The position numbers and the translations under genes were made by a program. This document shows positions 21,905 to 31,754 of a stretch of 64,000 nucleotides of DNA, in pieces. The stretch spans positions 1 through 64,000 of the forward strand of contig CAWCKY010000007.1 of the NCBI GenBank assembly GCA_963796275.1, given 5' to 3'. Below the pieces are notes generated by a model. It was given only the letters and a program-made list of their open reading frames with translations, made no database searches and was not told the DNA's origin. The first letter of the stretch is position 1; every line of letters starts with the position of its first letter. This DNA is from an uncultured Acidobacteriota bacterium (lineage in GTDB: Bacteria > Acidobacteriota > Blastocatellia > RBC074).

Positions 21905-22921
21905 TTGAAAGCCGCGTTTTACGAAGGAAATGAACGAATCCGCATTGGAGAATGTGTCCCGATCGCTCCGGCCGCTGGGGAAGTCCAGATTCGCGTTTCT
22001 CATTGCGGGATTTGCGGAACGGATCTGCACGTCTTTCACGGGGCGATGGATCACCGCGTCAACAAACCGGCCGTCATCGGCCACGAGATGTCAGGCGTCA
22101 TCGAAGCAGTCGGCGCTGAAGTGCCAGGCTGGACTGTCGGAGATCGCGTGACCGTGCGACCGCTGGATTCCTGCGGCGCGTGTCCGGCTTGCCAGGCTGG
22201 ACATTCACACATTTGCCAGAAACTGAAATTCATCGGTATTGATCGGCCCGGGGCGATGCAAAAACTCTGGACGGTGCCCGCGCATACGCTTCACGGATTA
22301 CCCGACTCGCTCTCTCTGAAAGAGGGTGCGCTTATCGAGCCCATCGCCGTGGCATGCCATGACGTTCGTCTGGGCCAAGTAAAGGTGGATGAATTTGTCG
22401 TCGTCCTGGGCGGAGGACCGATCGGCGCATTGATCGCGCTGGTTGCGAAACAGAAGGGCGCGCGCGTGCTCGTGTCTGAAGTGAATCCGTTTCGCATCAA
22501 GCTGCTGCAGGAGTTCGGCGTCGAAGTAGTTAATCCCGAGGAAACCGACCTCGTAGCGCTGGTTGAGGAACGGACCGGCGCCGCAGGCGCGGATGTCGTC
22601 TTTGAAGTAACGAGTTCCAAAGCAGGTGCAGAGATGATGACGAAATTGCCGCGCGTGCGCGGACGCATCGTAGTCGTCGCCATCCACAGCCAACCGCCGC
22701 AAGTAGACCTCTTCAAATTTTTCTGGCGAGAGCTCAGTTTGCACGGCGCACGAGTGTACGAAGCGCAGGATTTCGAGGAAGCGATCTCACTCGCCGCATC
22801 CGGCGCATTGCCGCTCGACCAACTGATCACCAATGTTTGCTCGCTTGACGACCTCGAATGGGGGCTTCGCCAGCTCGCCAAGGGCGGGGAAGTAATGAAG
22901 GTGTTAATCGAGTGCTCGTAG
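21905..22921 (+). CDS. Zinc-dependent alcohol/sugar-acid dehydrogenase (MDR family)
   Basis: CGICGTD, GHE, CGACPAC...C, GGGPIG. TTG start follows the AGGAGG RBS. Confidence 0.92.
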   Translation: MKAAFYEGNERIRIGECVPIAPAAGEVQIRVSHCGICGTDLHVFHGAMDHRVNKPAVIGHEMSGVIEAVGAEVPGWTVGDRVTVRPLDSCGACPACQAGHSHICQKLKFIGIDRPGAMQKLWTVPAHTLHGLPDSLSLKEGALIEPIAVACHDVRLGQVKVDEFVVVLGGGPIGALIALVAKQKGARVLVSEVNPFRIKLLQEFGVEVVNPEETDLVALVEERTGAAGADVVFEVTSSKAGAEMMTKLPRVRGRIVVVAIHSQPPQVDLFKFFWRELSLHGARVYEAQDFEEAISLAASGALPLDQLITNVCSLDDLEWGLRQLAKGGEVMKVLIECS

Positions 22922-22952
22922 TGTTCCGAAATCAAAAGCGGAGGGATATATT

Positions 22953-23723
22953 TTGGGAATTCTGGATATGTTTAAGCTCGATGGAAAAACCGCGCTCGTG
23001 ACGGGTTGCAAGCGCGGCATCGGCAAAGCGATGGCCATTGCTTTGGCGGAAGCCGGAGCCGACATCATCGGCGTCAGTCAGTCGCTCGAAACCAGCGGCA
23101 GCGACGTGGAAAAGGAAATTGCCGGTCGTGGCCGCCGGTTCAAAGGCTATGCCTGTGACTTTGCCGATCGCGCGGCAGTGTATGAGTTTATCAAGCGGGT
23201 GAAAAGCGACTTTCCCGTGATTGACATTCTGGTCAACAACGCCGGGATCATTTTGCGCAAGCCGGCGGCCGAACACCCGGATGAATATTGGGACAGGGTA
23301 ATGGAGGTCAATCTCCATGCGCAGTTTGTGTTGAGCCGAGAACTGGGCAAAGAGATGGTTGCGCGCGGCTCGGGCAAGATTGTTTTTACGGCTTCGCTGC
23401 TGACCTTTCAGGGCGGCATAACCGTGCCCGGTTACGCGGCTAGCAAGGGCGCAGTCGGTCAGCTCACGATGGCTCTCTCCAACGAATGGGCGGGGATGGG
23501 TGTGCAAGTCAACGCCATAGCTCCGGGCTACATCTCTACTGACAACACAGCGGCATTGCAGGCGGACCCGGCGCGCAACACGGCGATCACCGCGCGCATT
23601 CCGGCAGGGCGCTGGGGCGAACCGGATGACCTGAGCGGCGCCGTGGTATTTCTCGCTTCGGCGGCTTCGAATTATGTCAACGGCGCGATTCTGACCGTGG
23701 ATGGCGGTTGGATGGGACGTTAG
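22953..23723 (+). CDS. kduD: 2-dehydro-3-deoxy-D-gluconate 5-dehydrogenase-like SDR
   Basis: SLLTFQGGITVPGYAASKG, NEWA, NAIAPGYISTDNT, RIPAGRWG, VDGGWMGR. Confidence 0.8.
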   Translation: MGILDMFKLDGKTALVTGCKRGIGKAMAIALAEAGADIIGVSQSLETSGSDVEKEIAGRGRRFKGYACDFADRAAVYEFIKRVKSDFPVIDILVNNAGIILRKPAAEHPDEYWDRVMEVNLHAQFVLSRELGKEMVARGSGKIVFTASLLTFQGGITVPGYAASKGAVGQLTMALSNEWAGMGVQVNAIAPGYISTDNTAALQADPARNTAITARIPAGRWGEPDDLSGAVVFLASAASNYVNGAILTVDGGWMGR

Positions 23724-23925
23724 AACGAATAGATCAACCGCCAGCGCACGCGGCGTCTGCAGGTTTGCTCGCGCGATCGGCGACACCGAGGTAGTGGCGG
23801 AAGTGGCGGAGGGAGCTGGAGTTCGTATTTTTTTCGCTGGAATTTCCACGCTTTACCCACGCTATCGCAAGGCCACGAATGACCGATTGTTGGTTGTCGA
23901 TTTAGGAGCGTTTCTGTTCAGAATT

Positions 23926-24831
23926 TTATTTGAGCTTCAATACCCGCCGCGAATTTTCGAACAAAATCTTCCGCGTCACTTCCTCACTCGGAGACATCCG
24001 CCGGATCGTCGCAAGCTGTTGCGACCCGCTGCATTTTTCGCCTTCGCCCAAACGATCATTGCAATCGCTCCCGTAGAGTAATTTGTCCTGATGGCGCTTG
24101 ATGAAATGGCGGGCGTGGTCTTCGTCGCGCAGCATCGCGTTTAACCCGGAGCCCGCCGAAAGGTCTGCGTACATATTCGGATAATCCGAGAGCCAGCGAT
24201 CGGTGAGGCCGCCCGGCGTGACTTTCGTCTTCGGATACATCACGGTCTGATCGTGGTTGCGGTCGATGTTTCCCCACCAGGTCTGGGCGTGACCTATGAA
24301 ATTGACCTTAGGGAATTTTTCCAGGGTTTTATGGAAGCGGTCGAATGTGGTGTTGTATTTGCCGTGCTGGAAATGCATCAGCACGGGGACGTCGTACTCA
24401 AGCGCGATGGTGGCGATCAATTCGATGTGTTTTGAATCGCTTCCGACTTCGAACTTCTGTTCACCGACGCCGATGGCGCCCATTTTCAAGTACTTCTCGA
24501 TTACTGCCCTGGTTTCCGGGATGTCCGGCAGTTCGTTGGCGAAAAAGTAGAACTCTCCCGGATATTTTTTAGCGAGGACCACGACGGAATCGTTACCCCA
24601 GGCGTCGGCCTCGAGCCCGTATTTCGATCCGGCTGGCAGCAGGACGGTTTTTGTTACGCCCATCTTTCGCTGATGAGCGATGAGCTCTTCGTCGCCGCGG
24701 CCCGAGTAATGCGTATGCTGGTGAATGTCTATGATCTCGCCCGCCGCGGCGTTTAACGGCAGGAGGTTTCCTGCTGTTGTTGCGCAGGCGGCGGCGAGAA
24801 ATGATCTGCGTGAAATATTTTTTTCAGTCAT
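23926..24831 (-). CDS. Tat-exported amidohydrolase_2 family protein
   Basis: SRRSFL twin-arginine signal, IDIHQH, VPVLMH, FIGHA, YGSD. Confidence 0.88.
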   Translation of the reverse strand: MTEKNISRRSFLAAACATTAGNLLPLNAAAGEIIDIHQHTHYSGRGDEELIAHQRKMGVTKTVLLPAGSKYGLEADAWGNDSVVVLAKKYPGEFYFFANELPDIPETRAVIEKYLKMGAIGVGEQKFEVGSDSKHIELIATIALEYDVPVLMHFQHGKYNTTFDRFHKTLEKFPKVNFIGHAQTWWGNIDRNHDQTVMYPKTKVTPGGLTDRWLSDYPNMYADLSAGSGLNAMLRDEDHARHFIKRHQDKLLYGSDCNDRLGEGEKCSGSQQLATIRRMSPSEEVTRKILFENSRRVLKLK

Positions 24832-24899
24832 AACTCCCTGTAATCGGACACTGTTCAACTCTTTCACTGGTAATTATTTATTTCCCTTGTCTCTCACCC

Positions 24900-26906
24900 C
24901 TATTGTCCTCTCCGTTTTCGCTCCAATTCTCGTAGATCGGCGAGCAGATCAGCGACGATTTTCGCCGCCTCCTCTGCCGTAGCTCCGTATTTGCGTGCAC
25001 TGTCGTCGCCCGCGCGGGGCCATAGTGTTTTGCCGACCTGATTGATGACTCGGACATATATCTCGCGCCCATCGGAGCCGCCGGCCACGCTGAGCAAGGC
25101 GTCCGCCTTATCACGCATGACAGTCGTCCATCGTTGGCTGGCCTGCAGACTGCGGCTCAGGTACGCGATAATCGCCGGATCTACCTGATGGTCGCCAATC
25201 ACTTCGACGCAAATTTTCTTCACCTCGATCAATGATGCGGAGACCTTGATTTCTGCACGTAAAATATCAGGAGTTGCCTTAGGCGCCGGATCTGAAACAT
25301 TCGTAGAAGGCGATGCGTTTTGAGGTTCTCGTACGTTTGGTGAAACTGTCGCAGAAGGCGGCGCGGCCGCCGGTGAGTATGATGGCGAGGGGGATTCGAT
25401 TGTAATCAGCTCTTTATCCTCCGCGAATTGAGATGTTCGCTCGCGAACCATCAGAAGCCAGCCCAGGCCTGATATGCCGACGGCAACCAGTACGGCAGTC
25501 AGAACCCGCGCGGTTGCCCTTCGTCGTGGACGCCACCTTCGCAATAGGAAAGATCCGAGCCGCCCCCATGCGCGCGCCAACGCGGGAAATATATTCATCT
25601 CCTCATAGGAGACTACGACAGATAAGCCAAACACCGGAGTGCCGTCTTCCTCACGTAATTGGCGCAGCGATGATATGGTGAAGGATATTTTCTGACCGCT
25701 CCCGTACTCGGTCGAGAATCGCGACGGATCGGCGATGTGCGCCGTATCATCGTAGTCGAGCGCGTGAGCGGCGAGTAACAGATCGCCCTCATCACACACC
25801 GTACGCACTTCGATCAACTTCGATCCTTCCTCCACATCAAAGCTCACCTCGTTATTCCGATCAATGCCCAGGAAGGTGCGCTCGACCCCGTCCACTATGA
25901 CGCGCAGCCGGGTGGCGCCGCCGGATCGCTTGCGGCGCGCAGACTGATCGGCAAGCTCTTTCCGCATTCGGGTGAGCTCGTCTTCAGTAAGCTCCGCGGC
26001 CTGGTCACGATCGTTCAGAGGACCATCATCAGGGCTGCTGCCAGAGGTTGGGAAGAATTTCGGGATATCCAGACGTCTCGCCATGGAACCCAAACCCAAT
26101 CCGGCTACCAATCGTTCATAGCAATCAGGGTGGATTACAGCGTGCATTCGCGCGACCTCAATTTGATGCTCCTCGTCCGGGTCAGTACCGTAAAAGGTCA
26201 ACGCCTCAATCTTGCCGGACGCTGCACCTGATCCCGGTAGCGGGCATTCCGTATCCCATGGCGTGAACATTTGCAAGCACTGATTGACCAACCTCAGATA
26301 TTGCGTCGAATCCTCACGCGTCTGAAATCTCTCTTCGCCATAATGCCCCCGCACGACTTCCAGCTGACTGAAGCGCTCCTTTAATTCCCGCATCAGGCGA
26401 GCCTTACGTGCGCGCCAGTAGGCATCATCCTTGGCCCGCTCCGGGTCCTGAATGATCAGATCATACAGTCTCATGCCCTCTGCCGTGGTGTAGTTGTAGA
26501 GCAATCTGCTCATCCCGAGCGTGACGTGGAAAGAATTGCGCATAAGTGTAATGCTTATCAAATGCTTTATGTAATGCTTGATCAACCTTTCCTCATCAAT
26601 CGCCGGGTTCATCTGCTGCTCTCCTAGCCGCTCATACAGCTCGGACTCGACATAAACGAGCCGTTGAAGCAGGTGCAACTCGCTCAAAGAGACCTTGGTT
26701 CGCGATCTGATCGCTTTTGATCCCGGCGTTCGCGAACGGCTGCCAGGCTTGTAGTAGGAGCGTTTGTCTTGAGCGACCGCTGCGGCGTTCAATTTAGACA
26801 TCGCCGCTGTTGCGATCTGAACGGCAAGCTCCCTTTTACCTTGAACGAAGTATGCCAACTGAAACGCCCGACGCAGCATGGCGTCCCTCATTGCAGACTT
26901 ATCCAT
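24900..26906 (-). CDS. Hypothetical single-pass membrane protein with a divergent ECF-sigma-like N-terminus
   Basis: 668-aa ORF with one TM (VLTAVLVAVGISGLGWLLM) followed by a Pro/Ser linker. Segments resembling sigma2 and sigma4 were recognised by eye only. Confidence 0.55.
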   Translation of the reverse strand: MDKSAMRDAMLRRAFQLAYFVQGKRELAVQIATAAMSKLNAAAVAQDKRSYYKPGSRSRTPGSKAIRSRTKVSLSELHLLQRLVYVESELYERLGEQQMNPAIDEERLIKHYIKHLISITLMRNSFHVTLGMSRLLYNYTTAEGMRLYDLIIQDPERAKDDAYWRARKARLMRELKERFSQLEVVRGHYGEERFQTREDSTQYLRLVNQCLQMFTPWDTECPLPGSGAASGKIEALTFYGTDPDEEHQIEVARMHAVIHPDCYERLVAGLGLGSMARRLDIPKFFPTSGSSPDDGPLNDRDQAAELTEDELTRMRKELADQSARRKRSGGATRLRVIVDGVERTFLGIDRNNEVSFDVEEGSKLIEVRTVCDEGDLLLAAHALDYDDTAHIADPSRFSTEYGSGQKISFTISSLRQLREEDGTPVFGLSVVVSYEEMNIFPALARAWGRLGSFLLRRWRPRRRATARVLTAVLVAVGISGLGWLLMVRERTSQFAEDKELITIESPSPSYSPAAAPPSATVSPNVREPQNASPSTNVSDPAPKATPDILRAEIKVSASLIEVKKICVEVIGDHQVDPAIIAYLSRSLQASQRWTTVMRDKADALLSVAGGSDGREIYVRVINQVGKTLWPRAGDDSARKYGATAEEAAKIVADLLADLRELERKRRGQ

Positions 26907-28255
26907 CCTAGACTATGCTCCTAAAATCGGACTTAACAACGAGGTTATTGACTTATCCGAGGTGAATAAAGCGCAGGGCTCCCCGAATTTATGTGGCTGC
27001 GGACAACTTACTTCCCGACTTGGCATGCGATGGCGACGGCGCAAGCCATTTAGCCTTGCCGAAAATCAGAGGCAGGGCTTTTTGTAATCACTTTTGACGC
27101 GATAAGGCCCAATATCAAAGCCTAAGGTCAATCTAAAAGTACCTTCACAGAGACAAACCGCATTATACAAGTTATATGTTATATAAGGACGTAAAATAGA
27201 TAGTTTTACAAAAAATAACGGGATTATTACTACAGGACGGATAGCTACGAGAATTTATTCCGAAAATCCTACGCTATGCTGAGCTCGTGAATTATATAAT
27301 GGCGCAGCCATGTTACTAGATCATGTCAGTCTTCAGCGCTGCCTCCACAACGCAGCCGATTACTAATATCAAAGCAGATATGATTACAACTTTCTCTCGC
27401 GACGACCTACAAAGGCGCGGGGCAGGGAAGGAATCACGGCATTAGTGGATTTTAGAAGTGAGTGTGCTCCGTAAAAACAAAACAGAGAGCGAGACCAACA
27501 CCAACACTATGACGGTCACTGATGAAGGGCTGATCCTGCGCGAAGCGGCGGCGGTGCTCGGCCATACGGTCCATATCTTTGTAGCGTTGTTGGCGCGCAC
27601 GAGGTGGACGCTGCGACGGGAATTGACAGGGTTCAAAAAAATTTTTATTTAGCGACACTTTTTCGCGTTTCGTGTGTATTCAGTAACGGGGCTGATTTTT
27701 CAGGCTATTGGTCAGGCAAGTACTGTATTGTTGCTCTGATACAGCGCCAAAAATTCGTTTCAGATATCATTATTTTGTGTGCCCCATTGCTTATTTACTA
27801 GTTGCTTATCCTTTGCCTGTTTCCGTACGCTTATTCTCAGAACTGCCAGGCATGCCGAGGGCTTCGACCTGATTATTGCTCCCCGCAGGTCAGCGAGAGC
27901 TGTCGCATGATTGGTGGCACAGCCGCAAAGAGATTCGGCCACAAGAATCTGCCCGTAAGAGTCAGGCCGACTGCAATAGCGATCAATGGACACGTGTCGT
28001 AATCGGTCGCCACAGTAGAAGTGTGTCAAAACAGCAGACCCAATAGAACTAACTATTACAGATAGAAGAATGATTTCAAAGAAATGCCATTGTTCCCTAC
28101 CATTTTAGTCTTTCTGTTTTCCGGCGCCGATTGCCCTCGCGCAGAATGGGCAAGTAATCAGCTTGGCGCTGTCATTCAGAGCGCCAGGATCACGTTGATC
28201 GGGCAGGACGGCGAAGGGCGCAGAGCTAGGAGCGGTACAGTGGCAAATCCTCCAT

Positions 28256-28846
28256 ATGCGAAATTCACAAATCCAGCCTGAAGTATCGCGACAGCTTGTC
28301 CTGACGGCAGCCAACCCCCCGGCCAGCCCAGAAGATGAGATCGCGCCGAATATCGAAGACCAACTGGTGGAGGTCTTCCATAAGTTGAGCATCCCTGTGT
28401 TTTGGTATCTGAGACGGATCGGCCTTTGCCCGGAGGAAGCGGAAGAGATCGTTCAGGAAGTCTTCCTGCGTCTCTTCCAGCATCTCGATGCAATAGAGGA
28501 GCAAGGCCATATGCGAAGATGGGTCTTTCGTGTCGCGCACAATCTGGCGATAGACCAGCATAGACGACAAAGACGTTTCACTCTTAAGAGCCCGCAAGAA
28601 TGGACAGAATTGAGCGACCTGGTTCGAGATCGAGCCATCAATCCTGAAGAGCGGCTGCTCGAGGAAGAGCGGATCGCCATGCTCGAGCGGGCCCTTGGCA
28701 CGTTGACTAGCCGGCAAGCGCAATGTCTCGATTTAAGAATGGAGGACTTGAGCTATCGTGAGATTGGCGCGCTGCTCGGGGTAAGTGTCTCGACCGTAGC
28801 TGGAGCTCTGAAACTGGCGATCCTGAAGTTACGCGAGAGCGGATAG
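28256..28846 (+). CDS. ECF-family sigma-70 factor
   Basis: AEEIVQEVFLRL and WVFRVAHNLAID (region 2); LSYREIGALLGVSVSTV (region 4). Confidence 0.93.
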   Translation: MRNSQIQPEVSRQLVLTAANPPASPEDEIAPNIEDQLVEVFHKLSIPVFWYLRRIGLCPEEAEEIVQEVFLRLFQHLDAIEEQGHMRRWVFRVAHNLAIDQHRRQRRFTLKSPQEWTELSDLVRDRAINPEERLLEEERIAMLERALGTLTSRQAQCLDLRMEDLSYREIGALLGVSVSTVAGALKLAILKLRESG

Positions 28847-29006
28847 TGCAGGCGGCGAGCGGCGTAACTCATCCAAAATGCGGCTCGCGTCCAACCTTAA
28901 AAGAAGAAAAATAGACCGTGAAAAATGAATAAACCCCAAGGAAGATCGAGAGAACCTTACCACCAGCGGCAGTATCTCGGGTTTCCTTGATGAAGGAAGG
29001 AACACA

Positions 29007-30107
29007 ATGAGGAGGGAAACGAACGCGAGGACCGGCCTTCCATGCGGCGTCGAAATCGTTTCGGCTCGGGATTTCTCAGGGCTCGAGGTGGAAATACCAG
29101 CGAGCTTCGAGTTGCGCTTTCCTCAGTGTTGGATTGCGCAGCCGGTTCAGAACCGGTACGCAGTGGCGATTGAGCGCGAGACCCTCGCCTGGCTCGCGTC
29201 TTATGGCATCGGGCGGAGCCGCGACGAGGCGGAGAAACTGCGCAAGTTCAACTGTGGCTTATACGGCGGATACTCGCTCCCCGCAGCGAATTACCAGGCG
29301 GCGCTCCTGGTGACTCAGTTCATCTCGCTCTGGCTATTCTGGGACGATGCGCAGGTCGAGGAGGAAGACGACTTTTGCATCGAGGTGGTTCTCGAAGCAT
29401 TGATCGGCGCCACCGAGCCGCGTGCGCCCTCCCGCTACGTGGCCGCCTGGACCGACATCGGACGGCGATTGCGCAGGACCCAGAGTGCCGCGTGGCTTGG
29501 TCGACTTGAGTCGACAATGCGGGAGTGGCTCGAAAACGCCAGGCTCGAGACACGCCTGGCGCAGGAGTTCAAGCGAGGCGTAGCCTGCCCGGACTTCAAG
29601 ACACTCTTCGATTGCCGGACTATCAGCATCGGCATGTTCCCGACATTCCACCTGATCGAGCTCGCCGAGGGATTCGAGCTTGATGGGTCGTTCCACGGGC
29701 ACGACTCAGTGATAGCGCTCAAGCGATTGGCTTCGCGGCTTGTGGGGGTGGGCAATGACCTCGGTGGTCTGGCGAAGGACATCAGCAACCGATGGCTCAA
29801 TCTCGTTCTCGTCCTGATGGAACAGTCTTCCCTGAATATCGAAGACGCGTTCCAGCGGATCGTTGACATCCACAATGCCGATGTCGAGGAGTTCGACCGT
29901 CAGGCGTTGGAGATGCCGAGCCGGGAGTATTGGACCGACGCCCTTATTCGCGGCTGGGTTCAGGCCGTGCGCCACAATGTCTTTGGTTTCACGTTGTGGG
30001 AGTCCACTGCCGAGCGTTATCAGGAATCCAAAGCCATTGCGGGCAGGAAAGCATTGATCGCTCCTGTCGCGCTCGTTCGCGTCCGCCCTCCGGCGCAGGC
30101 GGCATAG
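29007..30107 (+). CDS. Class I terpene synthase (variant metal-binding motifs)
   Basis: WDDAQVEE (DDxxxE), RTISIG pyrophosphate-sensor Arg, NDLGGLAKD (NSE variant), WESTAERY (WxxxxxRY). Confidence 0.85.
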   Translation: MRRETNARTGLPCGVEIVSARDFSGLEVEIPASFELRFPQCWIAQPVQNRYAVAIERETLAWLASYGIGRSRDEAEKLRKFNCGLYGGYSLPAANYQAALLVTQFISLWLFWDDAQVEEEDDFCIEVVLEALIGATEPRAPSRYVAAWTDIGRRLRRTQSAAWLGRLESTMREWLENARLETRLAQEFKRGVACPDFKTLFDCRTISIGMFPTFHLIELAEGFELDGSFHGHDSVIALKRLASRLVGVGNDLGGLAKDISNRWLNLVLVLMEQSSLNIEDAFQRIVDIHNADVEEFDRQALEMPSREYWTDALIRGWVQAVRHNVFGFTLWESTAERYQESKAIAGRKALIAPVALVRVRPPAQAA

Positions 30108-30123
30108 AAAAAGAGCTTTTGAC

Positions 30124-30522
30124 ATGCGCGTTGACGAGTACAACTGGAAGCTGGAGCAAATGATGGACGCGACGGCATCAGGCTACGTTGCGGCTGTGAA
30201 AGCTCACAAGCCTGAATGCCTGTATCGCGATTTCTGCTTATGGGGAGTAGCGCGGGATAACCCCCATCGCTCGACGGTAATGCAACTGACGGGAGCCTTA
30301 CAGCTGGCGAAACTTGTGACCAGACTGTATGACGCCGCTCTCCTCGTCCGATTACAAAACAACATCGGCACTGGGTTGTTTACTTGTGATAACTCGACCC
30401 GTCTAATGCTCGCGCACAAACTTATGAAAAGAAGCGGAGAGCGCGAGGATGAGAGCCTCGTCGAGTTATTAGTAAGAACCGGTAAGGAGTATGCCGTGAT
30501 GATATCGCCTGTCAGGAGCTGA
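30124..30522 (+). CDS. Hypothetical protein or gene remnant within the terpene cluster
   Basis: 132-aa ORF starting 16 bp after the terpene synthase stop, same strand. No motif recognised. Confidence 0.45.
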   Translation: MRVDEYNWKLEQMMDATASGYVAAVKAHKPECLYRDFCLWGVARDNPHRSTVMQLTGALQLAKLVTRLYDAALLVRLQNNIGTGLFTCDNSTRLMLAHKLMKRSGEREDESLVELLVRTGKEYAVMISPVRS

Positions 30523-30640
30523 CGCGCGCGCATCCTTGAGAGAAGTAAAATTGACCACGAGCAATGAATAACATGAAGAAAGATCGAGCAGATCATTCGC
30601 GCTCTTCATTGCTTCCCGCTTGATTTTCTGAGGAGGCGAC

Positions 30641-31680
30641 TTGGAACAACGTAACTTGTTACTCGAGAGCTCGCTGATTCCCTCGGCGACTATGCTCGAC
30701 CATGTCATAGACCTGAAAATCGGCGGGCCGGTGGGTGACTGGTTGGATGAAACACTACTGATGCCCGTCTCGGACATACTGGGCGTCCGTCGAAACGGTT
30801 TCGCGCGAAGCTCGTGCAGTTTGGGTGCCTGTTGACCAGCCAATATTCCGATCTGACTGACACCGAGCGCGAGCTATGTCACCGATTAGGTGACCTGATC
30901 GAGTTGCTTCACGCCGGGTCTCTGGTGGTGGACGATATCGCGGATCAGAGCCAGGTGCGCCGAGGCCAGCCGTCCATTCACCTGAAATACGGCTTGCCCG
31001 TGGCGCTCAACGCGGGCAACTGGCTCTATTTCTGGCCGTTGATGTTAGTCGCCGCGATGCGACTGCCGCCGGAAAAGGAGCTTTGGGTGCATCGCCTCTG
31101 CCACCACATAATGATGAAATTACATTGCGGCCAGGCCCTCGATTCCGGCGTCCGAGTCGATACTCTGCCACAAGAGAAAGTAGCCGGCGTCTGCCTGGCC
31201 TCGATGGAGTTGAAGACCGGCGCCATGACCGCTCTCGCTCTCTCGCTCGGCTCGGCGGCGGCAGAATCGCCAGCGGAAGACTTTCCGGCCCTGGATGAGT
31301 TCGGCCATAGCTTTGGCGTCGCCCTGCAGATGTTCGACGATATCGGAAATCTGCAAGGCCGTAAGGAACTGGAAAAACGATATGAAGACCTGATCGCACG
31401 GCGGCCCTGCTGGGTCTTGGCCTTCGCCGCGCAGAATCTCCCGGGACAGTCCTATCGAACGTTCATTGAAGCGATTCAACTCCTCCCCGATGACGGGCCA
31501 CTGCAAGACTGGATAGCTGAACAAGATTTTCTCAACCAGGCGCGTCGCGACGCGCTCAAGTACCTCGAACTGGTCTTTCAAAGATTCGAGAGCGCTTTAG
31601 GACCGGAGCGTCATAACAAAGCCGAGGCGTTGGAGAGGCTACATCTATTAGGTAAACAAGTCTCCGACAGTTATTACTGA
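30641..31680 (+). CDS. Trans-polyprenyl diphosphate synthase (GGPP synthase-like), with one frameshift near 30780
   Basis: RBS GAGGAGG with TTG start. KRFR motif after the shift, then ELLHAGSLVVDDIAD....RRG (FARM), GQALD, KTG and QMFDD (SARM). Confidence 0.88.
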
Positions 31681-31754
31681 GAGCTTCCATTCACCGATTA
31701 TGTCTGCCGCCGAGCTGATTATCGAGTCGCAGAATACCAAGGAGCGTCACATAG

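Noticed and set aside
29007-30107. Calling this gene 2-methylisoborneol synthase
   Set aside because: Only the DDxxxE pattern agrees. There is no GPP methyltransferase, cNMP-binding partner or Pro-rich N-terminus.
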